Shown: positions 21,268 through 31,725 of the stretch, piece by piece
Numbering within the stretch: position 1 is the stretch's first letter
How the letters are laid out: every line of letters starts with the position of its first letter
Source of the DNA: Anaerolineales bacterium
GTDB lineage: Bacteria; Chloroflexota; Anaerolineae; Anaerolineales; Villigracilaceae
Direction: 5' to 3'
DNA length: 64,000 nucleotides
Assembly: GCA_046328795.1 (NCBI GenBank)
Contig: JAXLVX010000009.1
Span: 11,276 to 75,275, forward strand
Notes under the pieces: generated by a model
Seen by the model: the letters and a program-made list of their open reading frames with translations, nothing else
Told to the model about the DNA's origin: nothing
Databases searched by the model: none
Position numbers and translations under genes: made by a program

Positions 21268-22641
21268 TTAGGTCAAATTGAAAACCGTATGAATCAGCGC
21301 ATCAATGCCTTTGCGCCATGTGGGCAGGTGCAACTTCTCGTTCGGCGAATGCGCGTTATCTTCGGGCAGACCAAAGCCGGTCAACACCGAATCGACTCCG
21401 GCATATTTTTGCAATTGGACGACCACGCCGATCGAGCCGCCTTCGCGTTTGAACAGCGGGCGTTTGCCCCACGCCTGTTCGAGTCCCTTCGCCATCGCCT
21501 GCACGCCCATGCTGTCGCGTTCGGTGATCGCCGCGCCAGAGCCGGTGATGACCTTCACCTCATAGCGGATCGTCTTCGGCGCGTTCGCCTTCATATATTT
21601 GACCATCGCCTTCTCGATCATCTCCGGCGTTTGATCTGGCACGAGGCGGCAGGATATTTTCGCCATTGCCCATGCGGGGAGGACGGTCTTCGATCCTTCG
21701 CCGGTGAAGCCTGACAACAAGCCATTGACCTCCAGCGTCGGGCGAATGGATACCCGCTCTTCGGGCGTGTACTCCGCTTCGCCCCACAACGCCGGCACGC
21801 CGGTCATGTTGACGATGTCTTTCGGCTTGATCGGCAAGCGCGCGATCTCAGCGCGTTCGGCTTTGCCTGCTTTGCGCACTTTGTCGTAAAAACCCGGCAG
21901 TGTGATGCGTCCTTTTTTGTCGTGCATCCCGGCGACCAATTCAACGAGCGCTTGCGCGGGGTTGTGAATTGTGCCGCCGAACAAGCCCGAATGCAGATCG
22001 CGGTTGGGTCCATAGACGCGAATCTCGAAGTACGCAAGTCCGCGCAAGCCGTATGTGATGGTGGGCAAGTCCGAACCGATCATGCCCGCGTCAGGGTTGA
22101 TGCAGAAATCGGCTTTGAGCAGGTCTTTATTTTTCTTGATGAACTCTTCAAGATTTTTCGAGCCGATCTCCTCTTCGCCTTCGATCAGCCATTTGATATT
22201 CACCGGCAACCCGCCCGTGCGGACAATGGATTCAACCGCCTTCATCGAGGCGATCACTTGTCCCTTCATATCGGACGAGCCGCGCGCGAATAAATTTTCT
22301 CCGCGCACCTCGGCTTTGAACGGGTCGCTCGTCCACAGTTCGAGCGGGTCAACAGGCTGAACGTCGTAATGACCGTAGATGAGGACGGTCGGCACGTCCT
22401 TGCCCGCTTTGAGAGACTCGCCGTAGACTGCGGGATGCCCGCCCGTCGGCATGACGCGCGTGTTCTCCATCCCCAACGATCTCAATTGCGCGGCAGTCCA
22501 TTCGGCGCAGCGGAGCGTATCCGCGTTGCGTTCGGGGTCTGTCGAGATCGAAGGGATGGCGATGAACTCCTTCAACTCTTCGATAAATCGTCCGTTGTTT
22601 TGATGTGCGTATTCAAGAGCGGAATGTCGAGGGTCGGTCAT
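21268..22641 (-). CDS. M20 family dipeptidase
   Basis: YGHYDVQP, ARGSSDMKGQ, EGEEEIGS, DLHSG and NAHSPNE. Confidence 0.95.
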   Translation of the reverse strand: MTDPRHSALEYAHQNNGRFIEELKEFIAIPSISTDPERNADTLRCAEWTAAQLRSLGMENTRVMPTGGHPAVYGESLKAGKDVPTVLIYGHYDVQPVDPLELWTSDPFKAEVRGENLFARGSSDMKGQVIASMKAVESIVRTGGLPVNIKWLIEGEEEIGSKNLEEFIKKNKDLLKADFCINPDAGMIGSDLPTITYGLRGLAYFEIRVYGPNRDLHSGLFGGTIHNPAQALVELVAGMHDKKGRITLPGFYDKVRKAGKAERAEIARLPIKPKDIVNMTGVPALWGEAEYTPEERVSIRPTLEVNGLLSGFTGEGSKTVLPAWAMAKISCRLVPDQTPEMIEKAMVKYMKANAPKTIRYEVKVITGSGAAITERDSMGVQAMAKGLEQAWGKRPLFKREGGSIGVVVQLQKYAGVDSVLTGFGLPEDNAHSPNEKLHLPTWRKGIDALIHTVFNLT

Positions 22642-22660
22642 GATGTCTCCAAATTGTTTC

Positions 22661-22712
22661 GTAGTGACGACTTTAGTCGTCATTTATGCAGAACGACTGA
22701 AGTCGTTACTAC
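22661..22712. repeat. GTAG-headed REP doublet, family 1
   Basis: Arms match the 15664 copy. Confidence 0.9.
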
Positions 22713-22717
22713 AGTTT

Positions 22718-24405
22718 TTACGGCGAAGGCGTTGCCGTTTGCAAGGCGCGGCGGGTTAGCAAATACCATTGCGTGAACGTGGCAAAGCGGTCGCTGGGAT
22801 CGTACAACGGCGCGACTTGCACGCCTTGCACCTGCGCGTCCACCGCGTAGGAATAGACGGGAATATATAAAGGAAGGGCGGGCAATTCTTTGGCAAAGAT
22901 CGCTTGAAAGTTGCGATACAGCCGCGCGCGCAGTGAATAATCGGCGGTGACGCGCGCCTGCTCGAGGTATTCGCTGGCTGGGCGGTTATCCCATTGCGAA
23001 TAATTTTGCCCGGCGGTGGCTTCGGCTTGATGCCAAAACGGATATGGGTCGGGGTCGGGCGTGCGCGATAAATTAATATCTACCAGCGCGGCTTGATACG
23101 CGCGCGAGGGAAGCGAATTCAACGCCAGTTGATCGTACGGCATGGCTTGCAGGTCCACGCGGACGCCGATCTTCGCCCATTGAGATTGGATCATCTGCGC
23201 GATATTTGTGTGCAGAGCGTCGTCGGGATGCAATAACGTGAAGGCAAGCGGCTTGCCGTCTTTGGCGCGGACTTCATATCACCCGGAGGAGATCTCATAG
23301 CCTTCGTCTTTCAACAACCTGATCGCTTCCTCGGGATTATATTCAGATCGCTCCGTGCCGTCGTAGTACGCCCACGGCAGGTTCGGCAGGATGGGCCCGT
23401 CGGCGATGATCGCCTGCCCGCTGAGATACGAATTGATGATGGATGAGGCGATTCAACCCAAGCATCAACGCGCGTCGGACGTTTGCGTTTGCAGGAACTC
23501 AACATCGGCGTTTTGAGGTTGAAGAAGACGAAACTCGTCTGCGGGAGCAGGCTCGAATACATCGAAAGATTGGGCTGTTCAAGCGCGGAAGTTAATTCAT
23601 CGGGCGCAACGCGGCTGATGGCAAAGCACGTCGCCTTGTTTGTACGCGCTCAGCGCATCCGCCGAAGTAGCGTAATAACGAAACACGACTTGCTCGATGA
23701 ACGGCGCGTCGCCATAATAATTTTCATTGATGGTCAGCACAACGCCGGTGATCTTGCCGCCATCCACAATGAGATGATCGAACTTGTAGGGTCGGTGCCG
23801 ACGGGATTGATGTTGAACTGCGCGTCGGGCATCTGTTCAGGAGGGATCGCTTCGAGCAAGTGCTTCGGCAAGACGCCGAACGACAGATAATCCATGAACG
23901 GCACGAACGGCTCAGGCAATGTGAACTTCAGAATTTTTATCGTCTAGTTTTGCGACAAGTGATTCTTCCCCACAGGTCTTTGATATCTTGCGGAACGAGC
24001 GAGCCCGCGCTCTTCATCCGCTCGATGGTGAAGATGACGTCATCGCTTGTGACAGGCGTCCCGTCGTGCCAGACCGCGTTCGCGCCGGATGGTGAGATTA
24101 TAGATCGTGCCGTCGGTCGCCACGCCCACGCTTGCGCCAAGTCGGCGCGCGGGATCCCCGCGCTCGTCGAATTTGACAGGTCCGCTGAACAGCAGGCGAT
24201 CCACATCGCGGTCGGCGGAGACCAATCGAGCAGAGGGTTCAACCGCCCCAGCGAACCGACGAGCGCCTCGGTGTACACGCCGCCCTGCTCCCGGTTGCGA
24301 GAGGATGGGTCGCCACGCCCGGCTGAGTTGCTGTGTGAGCAACAATGCCGCCACGATCACGAGCGTGACGAATGCGACCAAAATCTGCCAGCGTAATTGT
24401 TTCAT
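22718..24405 (-). CDS. Peptide ABC transporter substrate-binding protein (SBP family 5), multiply frameshifted
   Basis: YTEALVGSLGRLNPLL, WHDGTPVTSDDVIFT, GVLPKHLL..PVGT and DPDPYPFWH. Confidence 0.85.
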
Positions 24406-24421
24406 ATCAATAAGTGGGATA

Positions 24422-24505
24422 CTTGCCAATCCAAAACATTCCGCAAATCTCATAGAATTTTCGCTAATCAAGGAACAATTCGCGAGGATTAGCGTAGATT
24501 AGTGG
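24422..24505. repeat. Degenerate inverted 9-mer array
   Basis: CCGCAAATC..TCGCTAATC..ATTCGCGAG GATTAGCGTA GATTAGTGG. Confidence 0.55.
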
Positions 24506-24599
24506 AAAAGATCACTCAGAGCATTCATACAAAGAAAGGCTCGTTTGCGTCACGCTTATACCCGCGCGAAACGGGCCGTATTGGAAGAAAACTCTCGGC

Positions 24600-24820
24600 T
24601 CAGGCAATGATGAGAAGCGCGAGCACCAGCCCAAAGAATACGACGCTCAAAATGATCGTGAGCCAGAACAACATTTTCTCGACGCCGCGTCGCGCGGTAA
24701 ATACGCTTCCCGCGTCGGCGCCGGTCAAGCCGCGAAGCCCGCGCCCTTGCTTTGCAAGATCACGCTCACGATGAGCAACACCGAGATTATAATCAACCCG
24801 TAATCTAAATACGTTACCAT
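24600..24820 (-). CDS. secG: Preprotein translocase subunit SecG, one frameshift
   Basis: IISVLLIVSVILQSKGAG..GSVFTARRGVEKMLFWLTI. Confidence 0.9.
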
Positions 24821-24894
24821 GAACAACTGCCTCCTTTTGATAAGCGGGGTCATTATACCCGCTGGGCGTAATACGTCAAACCGAGGACTTAGGT

Positions 24895-24928
24895 AACCCT
24901 TGCGAAGGTTTGAAACCTTCGCAAGGTT
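24895..24928. repeat. 33-nt-type double-hairpin palindrome
   Basis: Copy of the 15117 element. Confidence 0.9.
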
Positions 24929-24944
24929 GTTGCTACGAGGCTTC

Positions 24945-25472
24945 ATGCAGGAAATAATCGTCAATTTACACATGCACACGCGCTACTCCGACGGGAGCGG
25001 CGTTCACAAAGACATCGCCAATGCCCGCGATTCAGGCCCGGGCTGGATGCGGTCATTGTGACGGATCACAACGTGCTCGTGCGCGGCGTGGAGGGATACT
25101 GCCGGCTCAACCGACGGGGCGTCCTGCTTCTCGTTGAAGCGGGAGGTACACGATCAAGCCCGCGCTCGCCAAAAGAATCACCTCCTCATCTTCAACGCCG
25201 AGCGCGACCTTTCTACTCTCGCCGGAGATCCGCAGACGCTCATCAACGGAGTCCGCGACGCGAGCGGAATTTGTTTCATCGCTCATCCCACCGACCCCGC
25301 CGCGCCTGCCTTCAACGAAACGGACATTTCGTGGAAGACTGGGATGTGCAAAACTTCGCGGCATCGAACTCTGGAACGGGTTGGGCGAACTCAAAACAGT
25401 CGTGCCATTAATTACACGGCTTGTTCTACGCATTTTTTCCGCAGTTCATCGGCTACAACCCGATCCGCGTAA
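24945..25472 (+). pseudogene. PHP-domain metallohydrolase, frameshifted and apparently 3'-truncated
   Basis: NLHMHTRYSDG, VTDHN, NHLL, FIAHP and GIELWN; the reading ends just before a palindrome. Confidence 0.7.
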
Positions 25473-25481
25473 AATTACAAG

Positions 25482-25564
25482 CATGTCACCCTGAGTGGCG
25501 CCTCGCGCCACGAAGGGTCTCTTATGTCGTGGTAGAGATGCTTCGCTCCGCTCAGCATGACATG
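25482..25564. repeat. CTGAGC-type large palindrome
   Basis: CATGTCACCCTGAG..CGAAGGGTCT..AGATGCTTCGCTCCGCTCAGCATGACATG; related copies near 34011, 41990 and 42106. Confidence 0.8.
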
Positions 25565-25600
25565 TAATGTGAAATACTTATACAAATTGAGGAATCATCA

Positions 25601-26530
25601 ATGGAATATCGCAATCTCGGTAAAGCAGGTGTAAAAGTATCAGCCATTGGAATCGGATGCAACCAATTCGGCGGCAAAGTGGACGCGGCTGGGACGAAAG
25701 CCATCGTCCAGCGCGCGTTGGATGAGGGCATCAACTTTTTCGACACGGCAAACGTGTACAGCAACGGCGCATCGGAGGAATTTCTCGGCGCGGCGTTGAA
25801 AGGCGAGAGAGAGCGCGTTGTGGTCGCGACGAAAGTCCGCTTCAAAATGGGCGAGGGACCGAACGATGTCGGCGCGTCGCGGTATCACATCCTGAACGCG
25901 GTCGAGGCGAGTCTGCGGAGGCTTGGGACAGATCAAATTGACCTGTATCAAATTCACGCGTGGGATGAATCGGTCCCCGTCGCCGAGACGATACGCGCGC
26001 TCGACGATCTCGTCCGCGCGGGCAAAGTCCGTTACATCGGCGCGAGTCAATTTTCGGCATGGCAGTTGGCGCACAGCAACACGCTCGCCGAGTTGATGGG
26101 CTGGGAACAATTCGTCACGACGCAAACGCATTACAACCTGCTCGAGCGCGACGCCGAGCGTGAACTCATCCCCTATTGCGCGTGGGCGAACGTCGGCATC
26201 CTGCCATATTTTCCGCTCGCGGGCGGTTTGCTCACTGGAAAATATACGCGCGGCGAACCGCCTCCCGAGGGATCGCGCGGCACGTTCAGTCCCTACGTGA
26301 AGAATCGACTCACCGACGCGAACTTCGACAAGTTGGATTCGCTCCGCTCTTTTGCCGACTCGCGCGGACACACGCTTCACGACCTCGCTTTTAGCTGGTT
26401 GCTCAGCGTCAAGCAAATCCCCTCCGTCATCGCGGGCGCGACGACACCTGAACAGGTCAGCGAGAACGCGAAGAAGATCGAATGGAAGCTGACGGATGAG
26501 GAATTGACGACGTTAAAAGAGTTGTTGTAA
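25601..26530 (+). CDS. Aldo/keto reductase
   Basis: GINFFDTANVY, VVATK, SLRRLGTDQIDLYQIH, GKVRYIG and YFPLAGGLLTGKY. Confidence 0.97.
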   Translation: MEYRNLGKAGVKVSAIGIGCNQFGGKVDAAGTKAIVQRALDEGINFFDTANVYSNGASEEFLGAALKGERERVVVATKVRFKMGEGPNDVGASRYHILNAVEASLRRLGTDQIDLYQIHAWDESVPVAETIRALDDLVRAGKVRYIGASQFSAWQLAHSNTLAELMGWEQFVTTQTHYNLLERDAERELIPYCAWANVGILPYFPLAGGLLTGKYTRGEPPPEGSRGTFSPYVKNRLTDANFDKLDSLRSFADSRGHTLHDLAFSWLLSVKQIPSVIAGATTPEQVSENAKKIEWKLTDEELTTLKELL

Positions 26531-26695
26531 GTGTGTTCATCATAACAATCTGTCCCGCGGCAATCTGTCATTTTTATCATTGCTGCGGATTTGCGCTTTC
26601 CTACCAAAGATGGATTTTGCAAACATCACCGATGAGTATGATGTTTGCAAACAAGCTTTATAGCGTCCCTATCGAATAGAATCCCGGAGGATGAA

Positions 26696-27805
26696 ATGAA
26701 GATTATGCATAAATCCGCCTTTTTGATCCTCTTCCTGTCTATTATCACATTCGCTTGCGGCACATCAACGCCGACCGCAGACATTGAACCCACCGCAGCG
26801 ATAGAGCCAACGCTCATTCCGTCAGTACAGCCTACGCTCGAAGCCACAATAACACCTGTACCAACAAAAGAACCGACCCCCACACCATGGCCTCCGGTCT
26901 TTGACCTGTGGTCGTTGGAAGATATCCGCAGCCTGAATAGCTTTGTGGTTACGATCAACGAAAAAAATGCCGTCAATGGTCAACTGACGGAGCGCGCGTT
27001 CACGATCGGATATATTCAGGAACCTTACAGCGCCTATCGCGTGCTCGAATACAATGGCGGAGTGAACAGGGCTTATGTTCTCGATGATCGCACATACGAG
27101 TTAACAGGAATCGGAGACTGGTACATTTCGGTCGGCAAGGGTAATGAAATCTTTTCCGACGCTGACCCTGCGAGGTACACCGGGAAACTGTTGGAAGCCA
27201 AATTCGCGGGCGAAGAGGAGTACGAGGGAATTCCAGCATATCACTTTGTGCTGGATGCAGGTAACTCGTCAGACTCCAACTCAAATTACCAGGTGGAAGG
27301 CGATCTTTTTCTGGCAAAAGAGGGAAACTACGTACTCTTCTCGCATCAACTGGAGACCACCAAGCAAGATAATTTTTCGCAGAACTTTGAGGTGACGTAT
27401 GCCCTGTCTTCCATCAATCAACTGACCGAGATCAAAATGTCTGCCGACATGCAAGAAATGCCGTCAACGTCAAACCTGCCTTTTGAGATTGGCTTGCCGT
27501 TGCCGACGGACAGCAGTTTTTATCAAATGATACGATACAGGAACGGGATCGGCGTTGATCTTTACTTCTTTACCACACCGAATACAAGCATCGAGGAATT
27601 CCTAACTTTCTATCGGAACTTGCCGCCCACAGACGGCTGGACGGTTTCGCATGTCGGTCACGTTAACCTCCACGAAAATGACTGCGAGTTCATTCGAGAG
27701 TGTGTGATCATCAACAAAGGAAGCACGCAAGTTATCCTCTATTACGATGGAGGCAGTATTAGAGCGGAATTTGATTGGCCCCATTGGTATTCTCCGCTCA
27801 ATTGA
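26696..27805 (+). CDS. Hypothetical lipoprotein
   Basis: GGAGG SD, lipobox ITFA-C, Pro/Thr linker and beta-rich domains. Confidence 0.7.
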   Translation: MKIMHKSAFLILFLSIITFACGTSTPTADIEPTAAIEPTLIPSVQPTLEATITPVPTKEPTPTPWPPVFDLWSLEDIRSLNSFVVTINEKNAVNGQLTERAFTIGYIQEPYSAYRVLEYNGGVNRAYVLDDRTYELTGIGDWYISVGKGNEIFSDADPARYTGKLLEAKFAGEEEYEGIPAYHFVLDAGNSSDSNSNYQVEGDLFLAKEGNYVLFSHQLETTKQDNFSQNFEVTYALSSINQLTEIKMSADMQEMPSTSNLPFEIGLPLPTDSSFYQMIRYRNGIGVDLYFFTTPNTSIEEFLTFYRNLPPTDGWTVSHVGHVNLHENDCEFIRECVIINKGSTQVILYYDGGSIRAEFDWPHWYSPLN

Positions 27806-27814
27806 GAGTTATTT

Positions 27815-28267
27815 ATGTTTACAACAAAAACCCTCTCCCCCGCCGATCTCCCGCTTCTACTCAACGCCGCGGAGGATGTCTTCGACAACCCCGTAGACAA
27901 ATCCTTCGCGCGCGAATTTCTCGCAGACCCGCGTCATCACATCGTTGTTGCGTTAGTTGACGGCACAGTGATTGGCTTCGCGTCTGCCGTTCACTACATC
28001 CACCCCGATAAACCGCCCGAATTGTGGATCAACGAAGTCGGCGTTGCGGCGTCACATCAAGGCAAGGGGATCGCCAAAGCGATCATGAACGAAATGTTGA
28101 AATTGGGAGGCCGCCTCGGCTGTGTCAACGCATGGGTGTTGACCGACAAGAATAACGTCGCCGCGAATGGATTGTATAAGTCTGTTGGAGGAAATTTTTC
28201 TGAAGAAGAAACAGTGATGTATGAGTTTGAGACAGTCGAGGGGCAGGGCAAAGCGACGCGGACGTAG
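27815..28267 (+). CDS. GNAT N-acetyltransferase
   Basis: INEVGVAASHQGKGIA acetyl-CoA motif and NVAANGLY. Confidence 0.9.
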   Translation: MFTTKTLSPADLPLLLNAAEDVFDNPVDKSFAREFLADPRHHIVVALVDGTVIGFASAVHYIHPDKPPELWINEVGVAASHQGKGIAKAIMNEMLKLGGRLGCVNAWVLTDKNNVAANGLYKSVGGNFSEEETVMYEFETVEGQGKATRT

Positions 28268-28326
28268 CAACCTGGAACTTATTTTCTGGCTTCGAACTTT
28301 TCTGCCCCTGAGAGTGAATTATTAGC

Positions 28327-28764
28327 ATGCGCATAAAGCTATTTATAAAATATTTGTCGGCAGCCACTGTGATTTTTCTTTCGAGTATGTGGTTGCTAAG
28401 CTATAGCTTCTACAATTCAATGGGTATAGACATCGGCTATCCAAGCCAGACTAGATTCACAACAGTGCATTTCCGAATCCGCTGGCCGGGCAACGGGGCA
28501 TTTTGGGTGGGAAGGATAGCGCGCGAGTACATATCGGACGCCAACTCGGATATGGAACTCGATCTTGGCGGAGCAATTCTACAGCCGCCTGCTCAAGTAG
28601 AAATACATACAATTTGGCAATGGTTAGGCTTTTGGTGGATAAACACCCGCGACATTAAGAATCCTGCTTCTGATCTATCAAACCAGGAAACCTGGGTTGG
28701 CGTTCCCTCATGGTTACCTCCATTATTTGGATGCATTGCATGGATAAGAAAATACAGGAGGTGA
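28327..28764 (+). CDS. Hypothetical membrane protein
   Basis: 145-aa ORF with N- and C-terminal hydrophobic segments; AT-richer than neighbours. Confidence 0.55.
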   Translation: MRIKLFIKYLSAATVIFLSSMWLLSYSFYNSMGIDIGYPSQTRFTTVHFRIRWPGNGAFWVGRIAREYISDANSDMELDLGGAILQPPAQVEIHTIWQWLGFWWINTRDIKNPASDLSNQETWVGVPSWLPPLFGCIAWIRKYRR

Positions 28765-28793
28765 AGCCTTAGCCAGCCCTGCCGCGTTGTTGC

Positions 28794-29278
28794 CTAAAAC
28801 TTCCTCAACCGTATCACCAACCACGTCAACCCTAATGCGGCTAACAACACCAACCCTACCGCCACTTCAAACGCCAATCTGTAGATTCGAAGCGCCGAAC
28901 TCAAGAGGGCTATCCCCAACCCCAGCGCGGCGACGATGCCTGCCCGGGTCAGGTGATGGCGCTCCATGCCGATAACGTCATCGGTTAGTGCGGCGAAATT
29001 CAAACGGCGGGCAAAATCGGACAGAAACCAGCCAGGCAAGCCGCCGAGGAGCATCCAGATCGCAGGGAAATGATCCCACACGCCATACGCCGCGTCGAGA
29101 ATCATGATGAAGAAAGTGAAAGAGGAAAACCAGTGATGTTTTCGCCAATGCAAAACGATCCACGCAATGGCGAAGAGGACGAACCAACGCGCAGGATTGA
29201 TCATGTCCGCTTGCGAGAATCCATGCGAGAGCGAGGCGCATCCGAGAATTACACTAAGAAAGAAGGCGATCAGGGTCG
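28794..29278 (-). CDS. Hypothetical membrane protein, 5' part frameshifted
   Basis: Multi-TM ORF 28794-29204; an upstream TLIAFFLSVILG segment lies in another frame. Confidence 0.55.
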
Positions 29279-29289
29279 TGGATGATTCA

Positions 29290-29415
29290 CGATAGTGTCT
29301 TTGGTTCCCGCCTTGAAATTATTGACGGCGCGGATCATACCCTGATCTGGACACATCCCGATGATCTCACACATGAAATAGACAAGTTCATCAGCGACCA
29401 ACCGAGCGCTGCCTA
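29290..29415 (+). pseudogene. C-terminal remnant of an alpha/beta hydrolase
   Basis: LEIIDGADHTLIWTHPDDLTHEIDKFI*, resembling the catalytic-His tail; no 5' part present. Confidence 0.55.
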
Positions 29416-29460
29416 AACTACCATCTGTTATGATTGCTCAAAAGAAAAGGAATAATCGTC

Positions 29461-29670
29461 ATGAAGAAGATACAAACAAAATTGCCAAAAGACGGAGACC
29501 TTTGCGAAGTTGTGCGTGGCACACACGCGGGAAAATCTGGAACGGTTAGGGACATCAAGACCAGCAAGACGGGTCACGTCACAATCACCGTTGTGCAGAA
29601 GGATGGAGAACGATTCAAGACTCTCGCAACGAATGTCCTCGTCAAGCCGCGCGGTAGAGTTAGACAATGA
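29461..29670 (+). CDS. Small KOW-motif protein
   Basis: GDLCEVVRGTHAGKSGTV. Confidence 0.8.
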   Translation: MKKIQTKLPKDGDLCEVVRGTHAGKSGTVRDIKTSKTGHVTITVVQKDGERFKTLATNVLVKPRGRVRQ

Positions 29671-29954
29671 TCTTTGAGTTCAGCGGAAAAATTTTTCATT
29701 GGCGCGGACCCGCTCCGTTTCTTTTCGTCGCCATCCCCGAGAATGAGAGCCGCGACATCAAAGCGATCTCAAAAGAGGTGACGTACGGCTGGGGCGTGAT
29801 TCCCGTTCACGTGCAGATCGGCAAGACCGAGTTTAAGACTTCCCTGTTCCCGAAAGACGGTCTCTACCTTGTGCCGATCAAAATGATCGTCCAAAAAGCG
29901 GAGAATATCGGCGAAGGGGATAAGGTGAAGATACGGCTCGAAATCCGTTTATGA
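29667..29954 (+). CDS. DUF1905 domain protein
   Basis: WRGPAPF, YGWGVIPV and FKTSLFPKDGLYLVPIK; ATGA overlap with the previous gene. Confidence 0.85.
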   Translation: MIFEFSGKIFHWRGPAPFLFVAIPENESRDIKAISKEVTYGWGVIPVHVQIGKTEFKTSLFPKDGLYLVPIKMIVQKAENIGEGDKVKIRLEIRL

Positions 29955-30058
29955 ACGAAATCACGGCGACCAACCTCCACAATCCTTAGCGGACTCATCC
30001 ATAATTTCTCCATATTGACTTGATATTCTTGTGAAAATTTCACAAGGAGAATCAACCT

Positions 30059-31030
30059 ATGAAAGCAGTTGTGTTCGAGTCGTACGGTCAGCCGGAGGTG
30101 TTGAAGATCAAGGAGATCGAAAAGCCAGCGGTCTCAGATGATGCTGTGCTGGTTCGCGTCCATGCTTCCTCGATCAACATCGCGGAATGGTACAGCATGA
30201 CGGGCTTGTTCATCGGACGAGTACTCAGCAAAGAATTCTTCAAGCCGAAGGACACGCGTCTCGGCGCAGACTTTGCGGGTGTAGTCGAAGCGGTCGGCAA
30301 GGACGTTCACGATTTCAAACGCGGTGACGAAGTCTTCGGCGGGAGAAGCGGGGCGTACGCGGAATACGTCAGCGTGAAAAAAGCCATTGCGCTGAAGCCA
30401 GCCAACGTCACGTTTGAAGAAGCGGCATCTGTCGGCACGGCGGGAATCACCGCCCTGCAAGGATTGCGCGACCACGGGAAAATCCAGCCCGGGCAGAAAG
30501 TCTTGATCCACGGCGCGTCGGGCGGAGTCGGCTCGTTTGCGATTCAGATCGCCAAAGCGTTCGGCGCGGAAGTGACCGCGGTGTGCAGTCCGCAAAATGT
30601 TGAACACGCCCGCAGACTCGGCGCAGACCATGTGATTGATTACACCAAAGATGATTTCACACGCAACGGCAAACAGTACGACTTGTTGCTCAACATCAAT
30701 GGAGCGCGATCATGGTCTGAATACAGGCGAGCGCTTAAGCCAAACGCCACGTTCGTCCTGATCGGTGGACCGAAGATGCCTTTGATCGGTCCAGTGGGTC
30801 ATCTGATCAAGATGAAACTTGCGATGCTGAGGGCGAGTCAGAAGTTTGTTTTTTTCATTGCTCAATTCAATCGCGAAGACATGAATATCTTGAAGGATAT
30901 GCTGGCGAACGGCAAGATCAAACCCTTCATCGAAAAGTCATATCCCATGACGAACATCGCCGACGCCATGCGCCATCTCGGAAACGGTCACGCGCAGGGG
31001 AAGATCGTTGTCACGATGCCGATCAAATAA
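30059..31030 (+). CDS. NAD(P)-dependent MDR alcohol dehydrogenase / quinone oxidoreductase
   Basis: GADFAGVVEAVG, VLIHGASGGVG and LGADHVIDY. Confidence 0.95.
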   Translation: MKAVVFESYGQPEVLKIKEIEKPAVSDDAVLVRVHASSINIAEWYSMTGLFIGRVLSKEFFKPKDTRLGADFAGVVEAVGKDVHDFKRGDEVFGGRSGAYAEYVSVKKAIALKPANVTFEEAASVGTAGITALQGLRDHGKIQPGQKVLIHGASGGVGSFAIQIAKAFGAEVTAVCSPQNVEHARRLGADHVIDYTKDDFTRNGKQYDLLLNINGARSWSEYRRALKPNATFVLIGGPKMPLIGPVGHLIKMKLAMLRASQKFVFFIAQFNREDMNILKDMLANGKIKPFIEKSYPMTNIADAMRHLGNGHAQGKIVVTMPIK

Positions 31031-31034
31031 GAAC

Positions 31035-31715
31035 ATGGGAATCACATTGCTCCCCTTTCACATCATTGCTGGAGTCACTGGCCTCACTTCGGGCGCGCTT
31101 GCGCTTTATGCCCATAAGGGAGGCAGATTGCATCGCAAGAGCGGGATGATTTTTGTCTACGCCATGACGGTCCTAACGTTCACTGGTGTTATTATGGGCG
31201 CGCTCCAGTCCGATAGTACCGCCGTGATCCCAGGTCTGCTGACGTTCTACCTGGTGCTTACTTCTCTGCTTACAGTTCGCCGCCCCGCTAACCCGAAATT
31301 TCCCTGGATAGACATTGGTAATATGCTGGTAGGGCTGATCGTTCTCATTACCTGTATCGTTTCCATCGGTCTGGAGATCCTCAATAACACCGCGGGCAAC
31401 ACGAGTGCGGGTTCCCTGCCGTTATACTTCATCTTCGGCATGGTGGCGCTGCTGGCAGTATTGGGAGACGCCCGCTTATTTCTAACACGAGAACTTCCAT
31501 GGGCGCATCGCATTGCGCGCCACTTGTGGCGGATGTGTCTCGCATTATGGATAGCCACTGCATCCTTCTTCCTCGGTCAGGCAGATGAGCTCCCGGAGCA
31601 GTTGCGCATTATGCCGCTCTTGTGTACTCCGGTATTGGTAGTATTTTTGCTAATGCTGTACTGGCTGGCACGCGTGTTGTTCACAAAATGGCGCCCAATA
31701 CCTAACGAATCGTAG
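31035..31715 (+). CDS. DUF2306-like membrane protein
   Basis: HIIAG, KGGRLHRKSG and RIARHLWRM; about six TM segments. Confidence 0.75.
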   Translation: MGITLLPFHIIAGVTGLTSGALALYAHKGGRLHRKSGMIFVYAMTVLTFTGVIMGALQSDSTAVIPGLLTFYLVLTSLLTVRRPANPKFPWIDIGNMLVGLIVLITCIVSIGLEILNNTAGNTSAGSLPLYFIFGMVALLAVLGDARLFLTRELPWAHRIARHLWRMCLALWIATASFFLGQADELPEQLRIMPLLCTPVLVVFLLMLYWLARVLFTKWRPIPNES

Positions 31716-31725
31716 AGGCAATCAA